Shown here piece by piece: positions 1-8,036 of a DNA stretch of 46,731 nucleotides. A program made the position numbers and the translations under genes. Under the pieces are notes generated by a model. That model saw nothing but the letters and a program-made list of their open reading frames with translations, made no database searches and was not told the origin of the DNA. Source of the DNA: Bacteroidia bacterium (GTDB taxonomy: Bacteria > Bacteroidota > Bacteroidia > SXHM01); contig JAGVLY010000086.1 of assembly GCA_020054035.1 (NCBI GenBank), positions 1 to 46,731 of the forward strand, read 5' to 3'. The first letter of the stretch is position 1; every line of letters begins with the position of its first letter.

Positions 1-881
1 ATTCCAACCATCACATTTTGCTTTCCTTTAAGCAAAGCTTCAACTGCTTCATAACCCAAACGCGTAGCAAGCAACCTGTCATTTGCTGTTGGATTTCCTC
101 CCCGCTGTAAATGGCCAAGCACCGAAATGCGTGTATCTAATTTATCAAACTTTGCTTTTACCTTCTCTGCAACTGCATAGGCTCCTCCTGCATCATCACC
201 TTCTGCAACTATTATTATATAGCTTGATTTTTTGCGCTTCCAGCCATTTTGTAAAAGTCTAATTAAGTCATCAATATAGGTCTTGGTTTCGGGGATAAGA
301 ATAGCTTCTGCTCCCACACCAATTCCGCTGTTAAGTGCTATTAGTCCCGCATCGCGGCCCATTACCTCAACAAAAAACAAACGGTCGTGCGACTCGGCTG
401 TATCGCGGATTTTATCTACTGCCTGAATAACGGTATTTACCGCAGTATCGTAACCAATGGTAAAATCAGAGCCTGCAAGGTCGTTATCAATTGTTCCGGG
501 CAAACCGACAAAAGGAATTTTACAAACGGAGTAAAATTCCAACGCTCCTTTAAATGTTCCGTCACCACCTATGGCAACTACCGCATCAATCTTATGTTTT
601 TTAAGTTGCGCAGCAGCTTCTTTCATTCCTTCTTTGGTCATAAAACGTTTGCTGCGGGCTGTTTTAAGAATGGTTCCTCCGCGCTGAATAATTCCGCTTA
701 CCGATGTTGCGTCCAGCGGAATAAACTCTCCTTTTATCATGCCGTCATAGCCATGCATGATGCCGAAAACTTTAACACCGTGATGCAAAGCAGTTCTGAC
801 AACTGCGCGGATAGCGGCATTCATGCCGGGAGAATCACCGCCCGAGGTGAAGAGGGCGATTATTTTAATGTTCGTTTTCAT
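1..881 (-). CDS. pfkA: ATP-dependent 6-phosphofructokinase (3' end runs off the window)
   Basis: Manual minus-strand translation from ATG at 881: MKTNIKIIALFTSGGDSPGMNAAIRAVVR...GGTILKTARS...IGGDGT...PGTIDND...EVMGRDAG...LGHLQRGG. Absent from the ORF track because there is no stop in the window. Confidence 0.97.
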   Translation of the reverse strand, partial: MKTNIKIIALFTSGGDSPGMNAAIRAVVRTALHHGVKVFGIMHGYDGMIKGEFIPLDATSVSGIIQRGGTILKTARSKRFMTKEGMKEAAAQLKKHKIDAVVAIGGDGTFKGALEFYSVCKIPFVGLPGTIDNDLAGSDFTIGYDTAVNTVIQAVDKIRDTAESHDRLFFVEVMGRDAGLIALNSGIGVGAEAILIPETKTYIDDLIRLLQNGWKRKKSSYIIIVAEGDDAGGAYAVAEKVKAKFDKLDTRISVLGHLQRGGNPTANDRLLATRLGYEAVEALLKGKQNVMVG

Positions 882-1039
882 AAAGTTTATTTTTTCTCCG
901 CTTCGCATTTATCGCAGCCGGGCTTGGCTTTGTGTGCAAATGTTTCTTTATAGATTTTTCGGCCGACAAAATAAACCGCGACTATAAAGAGTATTCCGAC
1001 TACAATTTCCTGTGCCATTTGATTACAAAATTAAACTTT

Positions 1040-1129
1040 TTAACCGCAAAGGGCGCAGAGAAAGCGCAAAGGGCACAAAGTGAATTCCCTTTGCGTTCTT
1101 TGCGAAAAACTTTGCGTTCTTTGCGGTAA
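1040..1129. repeat. Intergenic inverted-repeat element built from ~9-nt units (CGCAAAG / CTTTGCG)
   Basis: Left arm accgcaaag-ggcgcagag-aaagcgcaaag-ggcacaaag; right arm ctttgcgtt-ctttgcgaaaaa-ctttgcgtt-ctttgcggt. Confidence 0.85.
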
Positions 1130-1150
1130 ATTTGATGTTAGTTTTATTCA

Positions 1151-3127
1151 ATGAAATTCAACCGCAAAAAATATTCTGACGAAACGCTGCTGCAACTCTA
1201 CTATCAACTTCTTAAACCAAGGATGATAGAAGAAAAGATGCTGTTGTTGTTGCGCCAAGGCAAAATTTCAAAATGGTTTTCAGGCATGGGACAGGAAGCC
1301 ATTTCGGTAGGCACTGCTTTGGCAATGGACAAAGAAGAATTCATTCTGCCCATGCACCGCAACCTTGGAATTTTTACAGGAAGAGACATTCCGCTTTCGC
1401 GCTTGTTTGCACAGTTTCAGGGAAAAATGTCGGGTTTTACCAAAGGGCGCGACCGCTCGTTTCATTTTGGTGCAAAGGATTATAACATCGTGGGAATGAT
1501 CTCGCACCTTGGTCCGCAAATGGGCGTGGCAGACGGAATTGCGCTGGGAAATTTATTAAAGAAAAACAAAAAAGTAACCGCTGTTTTTACAGGTGATGGC
1601 GGTGCAAGCGAAGGCGATTTCCATGAATCAATTAATGTGGCCGCTGTTTGGGATTTGCCCGTGATCTTTATTATTGAAAATAATTACTGGGGACTTTCAA
1701 CTCCTTCTGCAGAGCAGTTTCGCTGCAAGCAGTTTATTGACAAAGCTATTGGCTACGGCATTGAAGGTGTGCAAGTGGACGGCAATAATATTCTTGAAGT
1801 TTACGATGCTGTTTTAACACTGCGCGAAAAAATTCAAAAGAAAAATCGCCCGTTTATTCTGGAGTGCATGACCTTCCGCATGCGCGGACACGAAGAGGCT
1901 TCGGGTACAAAATATTATCCGGAGGGAATACAAGAGGAATGGTCAAAACAAGATCCTTTGACTAATTATGAAAGCTATTTGCAGGAACAGAAAATTCTGG
2001 ATGAACAGCAAATTGCTGATTTCAGAAAACAACTAAAAGCAGAGATTGAAGAAGGTTTGAAAATTGCTTTTGACGAGCCTTTGATTAAGCCCGACACCGA
2101 AACAGAATATGCTGATCTGTTCAAAAAATCAGAAATAATAGTTGAACCTGCTTTAGGCAAAACAAGCACAATACGGTTGATTGATGCAATTTCATCAGGC
2201 TTAAAACAAGCCATGCAAAAGCATCCCAACCTTGTTTTGATGGGACAGGATATTGCCGAATACGGTGGTGTTTTTAAAGTTACAGATGGCTTTGTTACAG
2301 AATTTGGAAAAGAGCGCGTTCGCAATACTCCTCTTTGCGAATCGGCAATTATAGGTGCGGGGTTAGGCTTATCCATCAACGGTTACAAAGCAATGGTGGA
2401 AATGCAATTTGCAGATTTTGTTACTTGTGGTTTCAACCAGATTGTAAACAACCTTGCCAAATCGCATTGGCGCTGGGGACAAAACGCAGATGTGGTGGTG
2501 CGTATGCCCACCGGTGCGGGCGTTGCTGCCGGACCTTTTCACTCGCAAAGTAATGAGGCATGGTTCTTCCATGTTCCGGGTTTAAAAATTGTTTACCCCG
2601 CTTTTCCTGCGGATGCGAAAGGCCTGCTGACAGCGGCAATAGAAGACCCCAATCCTGTTTTATTTTTTGAGCACAAGGCTTTATACCGCAGCATTTCGGG
2701 TGAGGTGCCTGATGATTATTACACCACCGAAATAGGAAAAGCAAACCTTGTAAGGACAGGAACTGATGTAAGCATTATCACGTATGGCTATGGTGTGCAC
2801 TGGGCTTTGGAAACTCTGGATAAAAACCCAACGATAAAAGCAGACTTGCTTGACCTGAGAACGCTGTTGCCTTTTGACAAAGAAGCCATTCTTGAAACGG
2901 TGAAGAAAACAGGCAAAGTAATAATACTGCATGAAGACACACTGATGGGCGGAATTGGCGCAGAACTCAGCGCATTCATCAACGAGAACTGCTTTGAATA
3001 TTTAGATGCGCCTGTGGTGCGTTCAGCAAGTTTGGATACGCCTGTTCCCTTTGTATCAGAACTGGAACAGAACTTTTTACCGAAGACAAGGTTTGAAAAA
3101 CAGTTAATGGATTTGACTAATTATTAG
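1151..3127 (+). CDS. 2-oxoacid (probably branched-chain) dehydrogenase E1, fused alpha/beta subunits
   Basis: TPP-binding GDGGASEGDFHE...NN motif, RMRGHEE phosphorylation loop, beta-half motifs GQDIAEYGGVF, RVRNTPLCESAI, EMQFADF, GPFHSQ. Confidence 0.95.
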   Translation: MKFNRKKYSDETLLQLYYQLLKPRMIEEKMLLLLRQGKISKWFSGMGQEAISVGTALAMDKEEFILPMHRNLGIFTGRDIPLSRLFAQFQGKMSGFTKGRDRSFHFGAKDYNIVGMISHLGPQMGVADGIALGNLLKKNKKVTAVFTGDGGASEGDFHESINVAAVWDLPVIFIIENNYWGLSTPSAEQFRCKQFIDKAIGYGIEGVQVDGNNILEVYDAVLTLREKIQKKNRPFILECMTFRMRGHEEASGTKYYPEGIQEEWSKQDPLTNYESYLQEQKILDEQQIADFRKQLKAEIEEGLKIAFDEPLIKPDTETEYADLFKKSEIIVEPALGKTSTIRLIDAISSGLKQAMQKHPNLVLMGQDIAEYGGVFKVTDGFVTEFGKERVRNTPLCESAIIGAGLGLSINGYKAMVEMQFADFVTCGFNQIVNNLAKSHWRWGQNADVVVRMPTGAGVAAGPFHSQSNEAWFFHVPGLKIVYPAFPADAKGLLTAAIEDPNPVLFFEHKALYRSISGEVPDDYYTTEIGKANLVRTGTDVSIITYGYGVHWALETLDKNPTIKADLLDLRTLLPFDKEAILETVKKTGKVIILHEDTLMGGIGAELSAFINENCFEYLDAPVVRSASLDTPVPFVSELEQNFLPKTRFEKQLMDLTNY

Positions 3128-3134
3128 AAAATAA

Positions 3135-3203
3135 GCCACAGATTACACAGATTTACACAGATTTACACAGAAAAAATCAGTGAAAATCTGTGCAATCTGT
3201 GGC
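3135..3203. repeat. Intergenic inverted-repeat element built from 9-10-nt units (ACACAGATTT / AATCTGTG)
   Basis: gccacagatt-acacagattt-acacagattt-acacag ... aatcagtg-aaaatctgtg-caatctgtggc. Confidence 0.85.
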
Positions 3204-3210
3204 AAATAAA

Positions 3211-3834
3211 ATGAACATCACCCTCGAAAACACCGGCAAACGCTACAACCAGGAATGGATATTCCGCGGGGTGAATGATGAATTCAGATCCGGTGAGCAC
3301 GTTGTTTTATTAGGGGCAAACGGCTCGGGAAAATCAACCTTGCTGCAAACTATTCTGGGAAGCATTATGCCATCAGAAGGCAAGGTGATTTACAAACACG
3401 AAGGCAAAGAAATAGACATAGATAATGTCTTCCGCTATTTCTCTTTTGCCTCGCCTTACCTTGAATTGCCCGAAGAATTTACCCTCACCGAAACCCTGCA
3501 GTTTAACACCAACTTTAAACCGTTTTTAAAAAACCTTACAGCCAGTGAAGTGCTGGAAGCAACAGGCCTTACCAAATCTGCTAACAAGCAACTGAAATAT
3601 TTTTCTTCAGGCATGAAGCAGCGCGTAAAGCTGGCGCTGTGCATTTTCAGTGATACGCCTGTGGCTTTATTAGACGAGCCACTCAGCAACCTTGACAGCA
3701 GCGGAGTGGCATGGTACAAAAACTTAGTGAACGAGTACTCCGCCAACCGCCTCTTTATTGTTTGCTCCAACAAACAGGCTGATGAATATTTCTTTTGTAA
3801 AAAGGAATTGGTGATAGAGGATTATAAGAAGTAA
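3211..3834 (+). CDS. Stand-alone ABC ATP-binding protein (CcmA-like)
   Basis: Walker A GANGSGKST, signature FSSGMKQR, Walker B LLDEP. ATG 3211 preferred because the upstream GTG lies inside the repeat. Confidence 0.9.
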   Translation: MNITLENTGKRYNQEWIFRGVNDEFRSGEHVVLLGANGSGKSTLLQTILGSIMPSEGKVIYKHEGKEIDIDNVFRYFSFASPYLELPEEFTLTETLQFNTNFKPFLKNLTASEVLEATGLTKSANKQLKYFSSGMKQRVKLALCIFSDTPVALLDEPLSNLDSSGVAWYKNLVNEYSANRLFIVCSNKQADEYFFCKKELVIEDYKK

Positions 3835-4149
3835 TCACTTCTCTTTCTTTAATAACTCCAGTATTTTTTCAGGGTCTTGTCGGTTATCCCAAAATGCTGT
3901 AATGATAATTTGAGTGGATGTTATTTTATAAAAAATGCTGAAATGCCCCATTGCAGCAACCCTTGTTTCGGGGTATTCACTTTGTCGTGATGATTCAGGA
4001 TTTGTAAGAATTACTTTTATCCTGTCTTTTGTATTCTTTACAAGGCTCTCAGCATAAGTTGTTGAACCATTTCTTTTGGTCCAGTATTTAAGAATACTGC
4101 GCCTTTGACTAACTGCGGTTTCAGTCCAGACTACAGTTCTTTTAACCAT
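3835..4149 (-). CDS. Type II toxin, RelE/ParE superfamily
   Basis: 104 aa, N-terminal VVWTETA, C-terminal FSIFYKI...IIITAFWDNRQDP; start overlaps the end of the upstream small gene. Confidence 0.88.
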   Translation of the reverse strand: MVKRTVVWTETAVSQRRSILKYWTKRNGSTTYAESLVKNTKDRIKVILTNPESSRQSEYPETRVAAMGHFSIFYKITSTQIIITAFWDNRQDPEKILELLKKEK

Positions 4150-4373
4150 TTCAAATCGCTTTTATCCACTTCTTCCTGCGAAATAAGTTTGCCACTTTTT
4201 ATATCAGCATCGCTTAATTGCAGCATCAGCATTTGCGCTTTGGTTAATTTAACTTTTCCATTAACGTCTGCACTTTTTTCTACTAATTTATAAAGTGCGG
4301 TCAGGTAATCTTTATTGGTAATGGTAAGTAACTTATCTATAATATTGTTTCTGAGATGGTCTGTTGCTGCCAT
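4131..4373 (-). CDS. Putative cognate antitoxin (80 aa)
   Basis: MAATDHLRNNIIDKLL...SDADIKSGKLISQEEVDKSDLKWL. The DIxxGxxIS..E...WL tail is typical of antitoxins upstream of ParE/RelE. Start placed at 4373, downstream of the -7 box. Confidence 0.8.
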   Translation of the reverse strand: MAATDHLRNNIIDKLLTITNKDYLTALYKLVEKSADVNGKVKLTKAQMLMLQLSDADIKSGKLISQEEVDKSDLKWLKEL

Positions 4374-4392
4374 GTTTTTATATTTTGTGTTA

Positions 4393-4400
4393 CAAAGATA
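4393..4400 (-). promoter_or_regulatory. Bacteroidota -7 promoter box (TATCTTTG) for the TA operon
   Basis: Matches TAnnTTTG, 19 nt upstream of ATG 4373. Confidence 0.6.
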
Positions 4401-4431
4401 AGCCATTCTGAAAAATAATTCCAATTCAATT

Positions 4432-4536
4432 AGCGGAATTACAAATTCCTTTATGTTCCGAGCGGCATTGCAAATGCCGCTCAGCTTTGATGCCGTTCAC
4501 ACAAGATGGAAGAAAGGAACATTCCGCTCAGCGGGG
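4432..4536. repeat. REP-like hairpin cluster with core GAGCGGCATT-gca-AATGCCGCTC at 4460-4482
   Basis: Perfect 10-bp stem; related fragments agcggaattacaaattcc (4432) and attccgctcagcgggg (~4521). Confidence 0.65.
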
Positions 4537-4570
4537 GTTTTAGTTAATTGTTAGTTGTTAATCATTATTC

Positions 4571-4670
4571 GTCATTGCGAACCCCGTTTCCTGCGGGGTG
4601 AAGCAATCTTAAAATAAGGTGCAGTAATTAAATTGTGAGATTGCTTCGGGTGAAAACCCTCGCAATGACG
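4571..4670. repeat. Inverted REP pair (GTCATTGCGA...GAAGCAATCT / AGATTGCTTC...TCGCAATGAC)
   Basis: cgtcattgcgaaccccg...ggggtgaagcaatct and agattgcttcgggtgaaaaccctcgcaatgacg are mutually inverted, each with an internal hairpin. Confidence 0.85.
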
Positions 4671-5086
4671 GTTGTATACAGAGTTCCTTGTTCAGCTATC
4701 GGGCTTGCCTGTGCAGCAGAATACATTCTCTTTATAGTTTGTTCCGTTTCCTTATCAGCTATGCTGCGGCCTGCTATCGCAAATAGTTTACCTGCTACCG
4801 TCAGGTTTATTGTTTCCTTATTTATAGTCCTGCCTTTTTCAGTTAAGCGTTTTCCTCTTTTCGCTGCCGGCATACCTCTTTCCGCTATTCTGTTACCCTG
4901 TTCCGCTAATGCGCTACCCTGTCCCGCAATGCTCCTACCCTCTCCCGCTAAGCTCTTACCTTTTCCGCAAAGCATTGCGACACGGGGTTTTGCTGCATTT
5001 GGTTGAGGTACTACGTTTGCGGACTTAGGTAACATGTTGTTGTGGTTTGCGGGGGCAAAATTGAACCCCGGGGCGGGCATAGCCAA
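4628..5086 (-). CDS. Possible heptad-repeat protein (doubtful ORF across the 21-bp array)
   Basis: GKSLAGE GRSIAGQ GSALAEQ GNRIAER GMPAAKR GKRLTEK; the C-terminus runs into a REP and the opposite strand is also open. Confidence 0.25.
   Translation of the reverse strand: MAMPAPGFNFAPANHNNMLPKSANVVPQPNAAKPRVAMLCGKGKSLAGEGRSIAGQGSALAEQGNRIAERGMPAAKRGKRLTEKGRTINKETINLTVAGKLFAIAGRSIADKETEQTIKRMYSAAQASPIAEQGTLYTTVIARVFTRSNLTI
4683..4976. repeat. Degenerate 21-bp tandem array, ~14 units
   Basis: Ungapped 21-nt register, e.g. atacctctttccgctattctg / ttaccctgttccgctaatgcg / ctaccctgtcccgcaatgctc / ctaccctctcccgctaagctc / ttaccttttccgcaaagcatt. Confidence 0.8.
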
Positions 5087-5138
5087 ACCGGGTTTTGCGT
5101 ATTATTTAGGTTCAGGCGGGTATGTCGGTAACGGGTAT

Positions 5139-5214
5139 TGTCACGGTGAGCGTAGTCGAACCGCAATTATTAACAGCCGGTTTAATATGCCCTTCGACTA
5201 CGCTCAGGGTGACA
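5139..5214. repeat. Inverted REP pair (TGTCACxxTGAGCGTAGTCGAA / TTCGACTACGCTCAGGGTGACA)
   Basis: tgtcacggtgagcgtagtcgaaccg ... cccttcgactacgctcagggtgaca. Confidence 0.85.
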
Positions 5215-5331
5215 GGCGCACAAAATCCAACTCCAATAAAAACACAATTGAAAACTTTACTGTTTTTTTCTTATACTTGTAGTAAGCCGCTGCAAAACAG
5301 GGCTTATTATTTAAGTTCAGAGAGATAATTC

Positions 5332-5387
5332 ATTCGTGAAATCGTACTTCGCAAATCATAAATCGTACTTCGTAAATCGTAAATCGC
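5332..5387 (+). repeat. 7-nt tandem repeat (AAATCGT/ACTTCGT variants), 8 units, abutting a start codon
   Basis: attcgtg aaatcgt acttcgc aaatcat aaatcgt acttcgt aaatcgt aaatcgc a ATG. Confidence 0.85.
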
Positions 5388-5388
5388 A

Positions 5389-6981
5389 ATGACCTCCTCC
5401 GACCTCTTACATAAACTCATTCATTCGCTTAGCGCGGTTGAAAAACGGTATGTAAAGATTTTTCTGAAAGGCGATGATGATTTAAGCGGCAACACCTATT
5501 TGAACACCTTGTTTGCAGCATTGCTGAAACAGGAAAACTACAACGAGGCGGAGTTAAAAAACACAATCAGCGACCCGAAGCTGCGCAGAAATTTTGCGTT
5601 GTATAAAAACCTGTTACAGGAAAAAGTGCTGGATGCCCTTACCGCTTTTGACCGCCAAAGCACACCCGAACATAAAATTTACCGCAGGCTCGAAAATCAG
5701 CAAGCCCTGTGGCAGCGCGGACACCTGAACTTAGCCGAAAAAGAACTGGAAAAAGCGCAGAAAGATGCACAACTGCACGAACATTATTCGTTGCTGCTCG
5801 AAATTTTTAAACGCAAACGATTGACTATTCTTTCAGCATTTGATTCGCACACCGTTCAACGCCTGCAAAATAATATTGCCGCTGCACAAGAGGCACTGAA
5901 AAAGTTAGAGAACGAATCGGAATTCAATAACCTGTATGATTTGGCTTTTTCGGTAGGTAAAATAAAAGGACCGAATAAAATTGAGAACGATACCGATTTA
6001 GCACAAATTATTGCAAACCCGCTGTTGGGCGATGAAAAAAATACCATCACCTTTGATGCGAAACTGAAATTCTACGGAATATGGAGCAACTATTATTCTG
6101 CCAGCGGAAATGAAATCGGCAACCTGTATCACCGCAAAAAAATAATTGAAATCTGGAAACAGCATCCCGAAAAAATACAACAACTGAAATGGCGCTACCG
6201 TGTTTCGCTCGGCAACCTGGGGCTCGCATACCACCGCAACAGCTATTACCATGAGTTTGAAACCCTCCTCAGCGAGATGGAAGCCGTGGCAGGAAAAGGA
6301 AAAAACTATGACCCGCTTGCCTTTCGCACGCTCGAAAGCCTGCGCCAGATTTATTACGTGAGTACCGCACAGTTCAGCCGCCTGAGCGAATTGAAAAAAA
6401 GACTTGAAAACGGCATGGAGAACTACCGCGAAACGCTCGACATCGGTTTTTATATTACCACTTATTATAATCTATCTGTTGCAGAATTAATACAAGACAA
6501 TTATAGCGAAGCATTGAAATGGCTGAAAAAAATTACCGACCTGCCCCGCCACAACCTGCGTTTGGATATACAGCGATTTATACCCGCTTACCGCCTGATG
6601 ATTTTATACAGCCACAACAGCAGCCTGCTTGAATACGACCTGCGCAACGCACAGCGGTATTATGCCAAACATCCCGATAGCTATCGGGAGGGCTCGCTTG
6701 AAAGCCTTGTGCTGAAAAACATAAAGACCTTATACCTTTGCAACAGCCGCAACGAAAAGCAAACGCTACTCAATACCTTTAACCGTGATATGGAACAACT
6801 GCTTGCCCAACCCGGTAACAGCAACATGACGGGCATTGACGAAGTGTATTGCTGGGTAAAAGCACTGCTGCTGAATAAGCCCCTGCTGGAAGTGGCTACG
6901 CCTTATCTGCTGGCAAAAAATAAAAGTAAACAGGAGGTGGAAGGGATGTTGAGTGGGGTTGAAAAGGGAGGTAAGAAATAA
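5389..6981 (+). CDS. Cytoplasmic all-helical TPR-like hypothetical protein (530 aa)
   Basis: N-terminus LHKLIHSLSAVEKRYVK resembles a recurrent Bacteroidota hypothetical family (recalled, not searched). TPR-like segments SLGNLGLAYHR and TYYNLSVAELIQDNYSEALKWL; no signal peptide. Confidence 0.75.
   Translation: MTSSDLLHKLIHSLSAVEKRYVKIFLKGDDDLSGNTYLNTLFAALLKQENYNEAELKNTISDPKLRRNFALYKNLLQEKVLDALTAFDRQSTPEHKIYRRLENQQALWQRGHLNLAEKELEKAQKDAQLHEHYSLLLEIFKRKRLTILSAFDSHTVQRLQNNIAAAQEALKKLENESEFNNLYDLAFSVGKIKGPNKIENDTDLAQIIANPLLGDEKNTITFDAKLKFYGIWSNYYSASGNEIGNLYHRKKIIEIWKQHPEKIQQLKWRYRVSLGNLGLAYHRNSYYHEFETLLSEMEAVAGKGKNYDPLAFRTLESLRQIYYVSTAQFSRLSELKKRLENGMENYRETLDIGFYITTYYNLSVAELIQDNYSEALKWLKKITDLPRHNLRLDIQRFIPAYRLMILYSHNSSLLEYDLRNAQRYYAKHPDSYREGSLESLVLKNIKTLYLCNSRNEKQTLLNTFNRDMEQLLAQPGNSNMTGIDEVYCWVKALLLNKPLLEVATPYLLAKNKSKQEVEGMLSGVEKGGKK
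6672..6689. repeat. 18-bp perfect palindrome TCCCGATAGCTATCGGGA, in frame inside a CDS
   Basis: Self-complementary; identical copy at 26039-26056; encodes (H)PDSYR(E). Confidence 0.9.
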
Positions 6982-6983
6982 AA

Positions 6984-7475
6984 ATGAAAAAGATTGTAAC
7001 TGCTTTTATGTTATTGCTGGCTAATTATTCTTTTGCTCAAAAGAGTATTGATACAACTTCTGTTTTGAAAGCAATTAATGAGATTTCAAAAGAAATAGAG
7101 GATACTTTATTTGACGAAAATTCATATTATTATAGAGGTATGTATTATTATGGAATAGGTATGTATCATGAAGCGAAAAAAGATTTTGAAGAATTTATAC
7201 AAATCGGAAATATACGTGGGGGTATATTTATTAGCGGAGAAAAGCTTTATAATGTTTTATTATATATTGGTTGGATAGAGGGGTATTTTAAAGAGTCTGA
7301 AAAGGCAATCAAATATTATCAGGCAGCCTCAGAGATAGATAGTTTACAAAGCAAGCCATATTTTCAGCTAGGCCATGTTTATATGAATCGGGGCGATACT
7401 TTAAAAGCTTGTAGCTTTTTTAATAAAGCAAAGAAATTAGATAAGGATATAGAAATCCCAATAGATTGCAAATAA
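6984..7475 (+). CDS. Secreted TPR protein
   Basis: Sec signal MKKIVTAFMLLLANYSFAQ; TPRs YYYRGMYYYGIGMYHEAKKDFEE and PYFQLGHVYMNRGDTLKACSFFNKAKKL; visibly AT-rich. Confidence 0.8.
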   Translation: MKKIVTAFMLLLANYSFAQKSIDTTSVLKAINEISKEIEDTLFDENSYYYRGMYYYGIGMYHEAKKDFEEFIQIGNIRGGIFISGEKLYNVLLYIGWIEGYFKESEKAIKYYQAASEIDSLQSKPYFQLGHVYMNRGDTLKACSFFNKAKKLDKDIEIPIDCK

Positions 7476-7497
7476 TATAGCGTTCACTTGCCAACGC

Positions 7498-7556
7498 CAC
7501 CAACCCGCAACAACAAAAACCCTGATAGGTATCGGGGGAAATGAGGAAAGAAGATT
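7498..7556 (+). repeat. ~58-bp direct repeat, copy 1
   Basis: caccaacccgcaacaacaaaaaccctgataggtatcgggggaaatgaggaaagaagatt; differs from copy 2 by one substitution and one indel. Confidence 0.92.
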
Positions 7557-7559
7557 GAA

Positions 7560-7931
7560 ATGAAAAAACTCACATTTATAATATTATTAGCGATTTCACA
7601 TCCATCGTTTTCGCAATCACCATCAATTAACTTTAGTATTAGTGGAGATGTCGGCCTGTTCCGTTTTGACCCGGGCAGTTATGATAAAAAATATCCAAGC
7701 GAAGCATTAGAAAATGATGCTGATGGCATTGTGAGGATAGAACTCGCAATTGATTCGCTCTGTAATCTAATAGGATATAAAAATCTAAATCATATTGGCT
7801 ACGGATTAGATGAAGCAGGGCTTGAATTTATTTTAGCCCAGTATGAAAAGGCCAGAAAAGCTAAGCCCGATATAAAATGTGGGAATGGTGTATTGCATCA
7901 TGTTGTGACAGTTAATTTTAAACTTGAGTAA
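7560..7931 (+). CDS. Small secreted protein with a TonB C-terminal-like domain
   Basis: Sec signal ending SFSQ; KYPSEALENDADGIVRIELAID...IGYGLDEAG...VTVNFKLE fits the TonB_C pattern (YP..A....G.V...GYGLDE.A...V.F.L). Confidence 0.75.
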   Translation: MKKLTFIILLAISHPSFSQSPSINFSISGDVGLFRFDPGSYDKKYPSEALENDADGIVRIELAIDSLCNLIGYKNLNHIGYGLDEAGLEFILAQYEKARKAKPDIKCGNGVLHHVVTVNFKLE

Positions 7932-7978
7932 TTTATCTAAACCCTAACAAGCGGAAAGAAGGAAGGGATGAAAAACAT

Positions 7979-8036
7979 CACCAAACCGCAACAACAAAAC
8001 CCTGATAGGTATCGGGGGAAATGAGGAAAGAAGATT
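7979..8036 (+). repeat. ~58-bp direct repeat, copy 2 (abuts the HMG-CoA lyase stop codon)
   Basis: caccaaaccgcaacaacaaaaccctgataggtatcgggggaaatgaggaaagaagatt. Confidence 0.92.

Noticed and set aside
387-953. 188-aa plus-strand ORF
   Set aside because: Antisense shadow of pfkA.
932-1129. 65-aa ORF ending AKGAEKAQRAQS...LRSLR
   Set aside because: Translation of the 9-mer hairpin repeat.
3211-3834. ABC ATPase lacking the H-loop His (CSN)
   Set aside because: Other motifs are intact and I recall this variant in the Bacteroidota subfamily; no sign of pseudogenisation.
4683-4976. CRISPR or DGR interpretation of the 21-bp array
   Set aside because: No repeat-spacer alternation, no cas1/cas2, no reverse transcriptase, and variation is not adenine-specific.
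4635-5328. Plus-strand ORFs 4635-5006, 5034-5282 and 5122-5328
   Set aside because: They start in or run through REPs and the array, with no recognisable protein features.
7498-8036. Integron attC sites
   Set aside because: No RYYYAAC/GTTRRRY ends, no long imperfect palindrome and no integrase.
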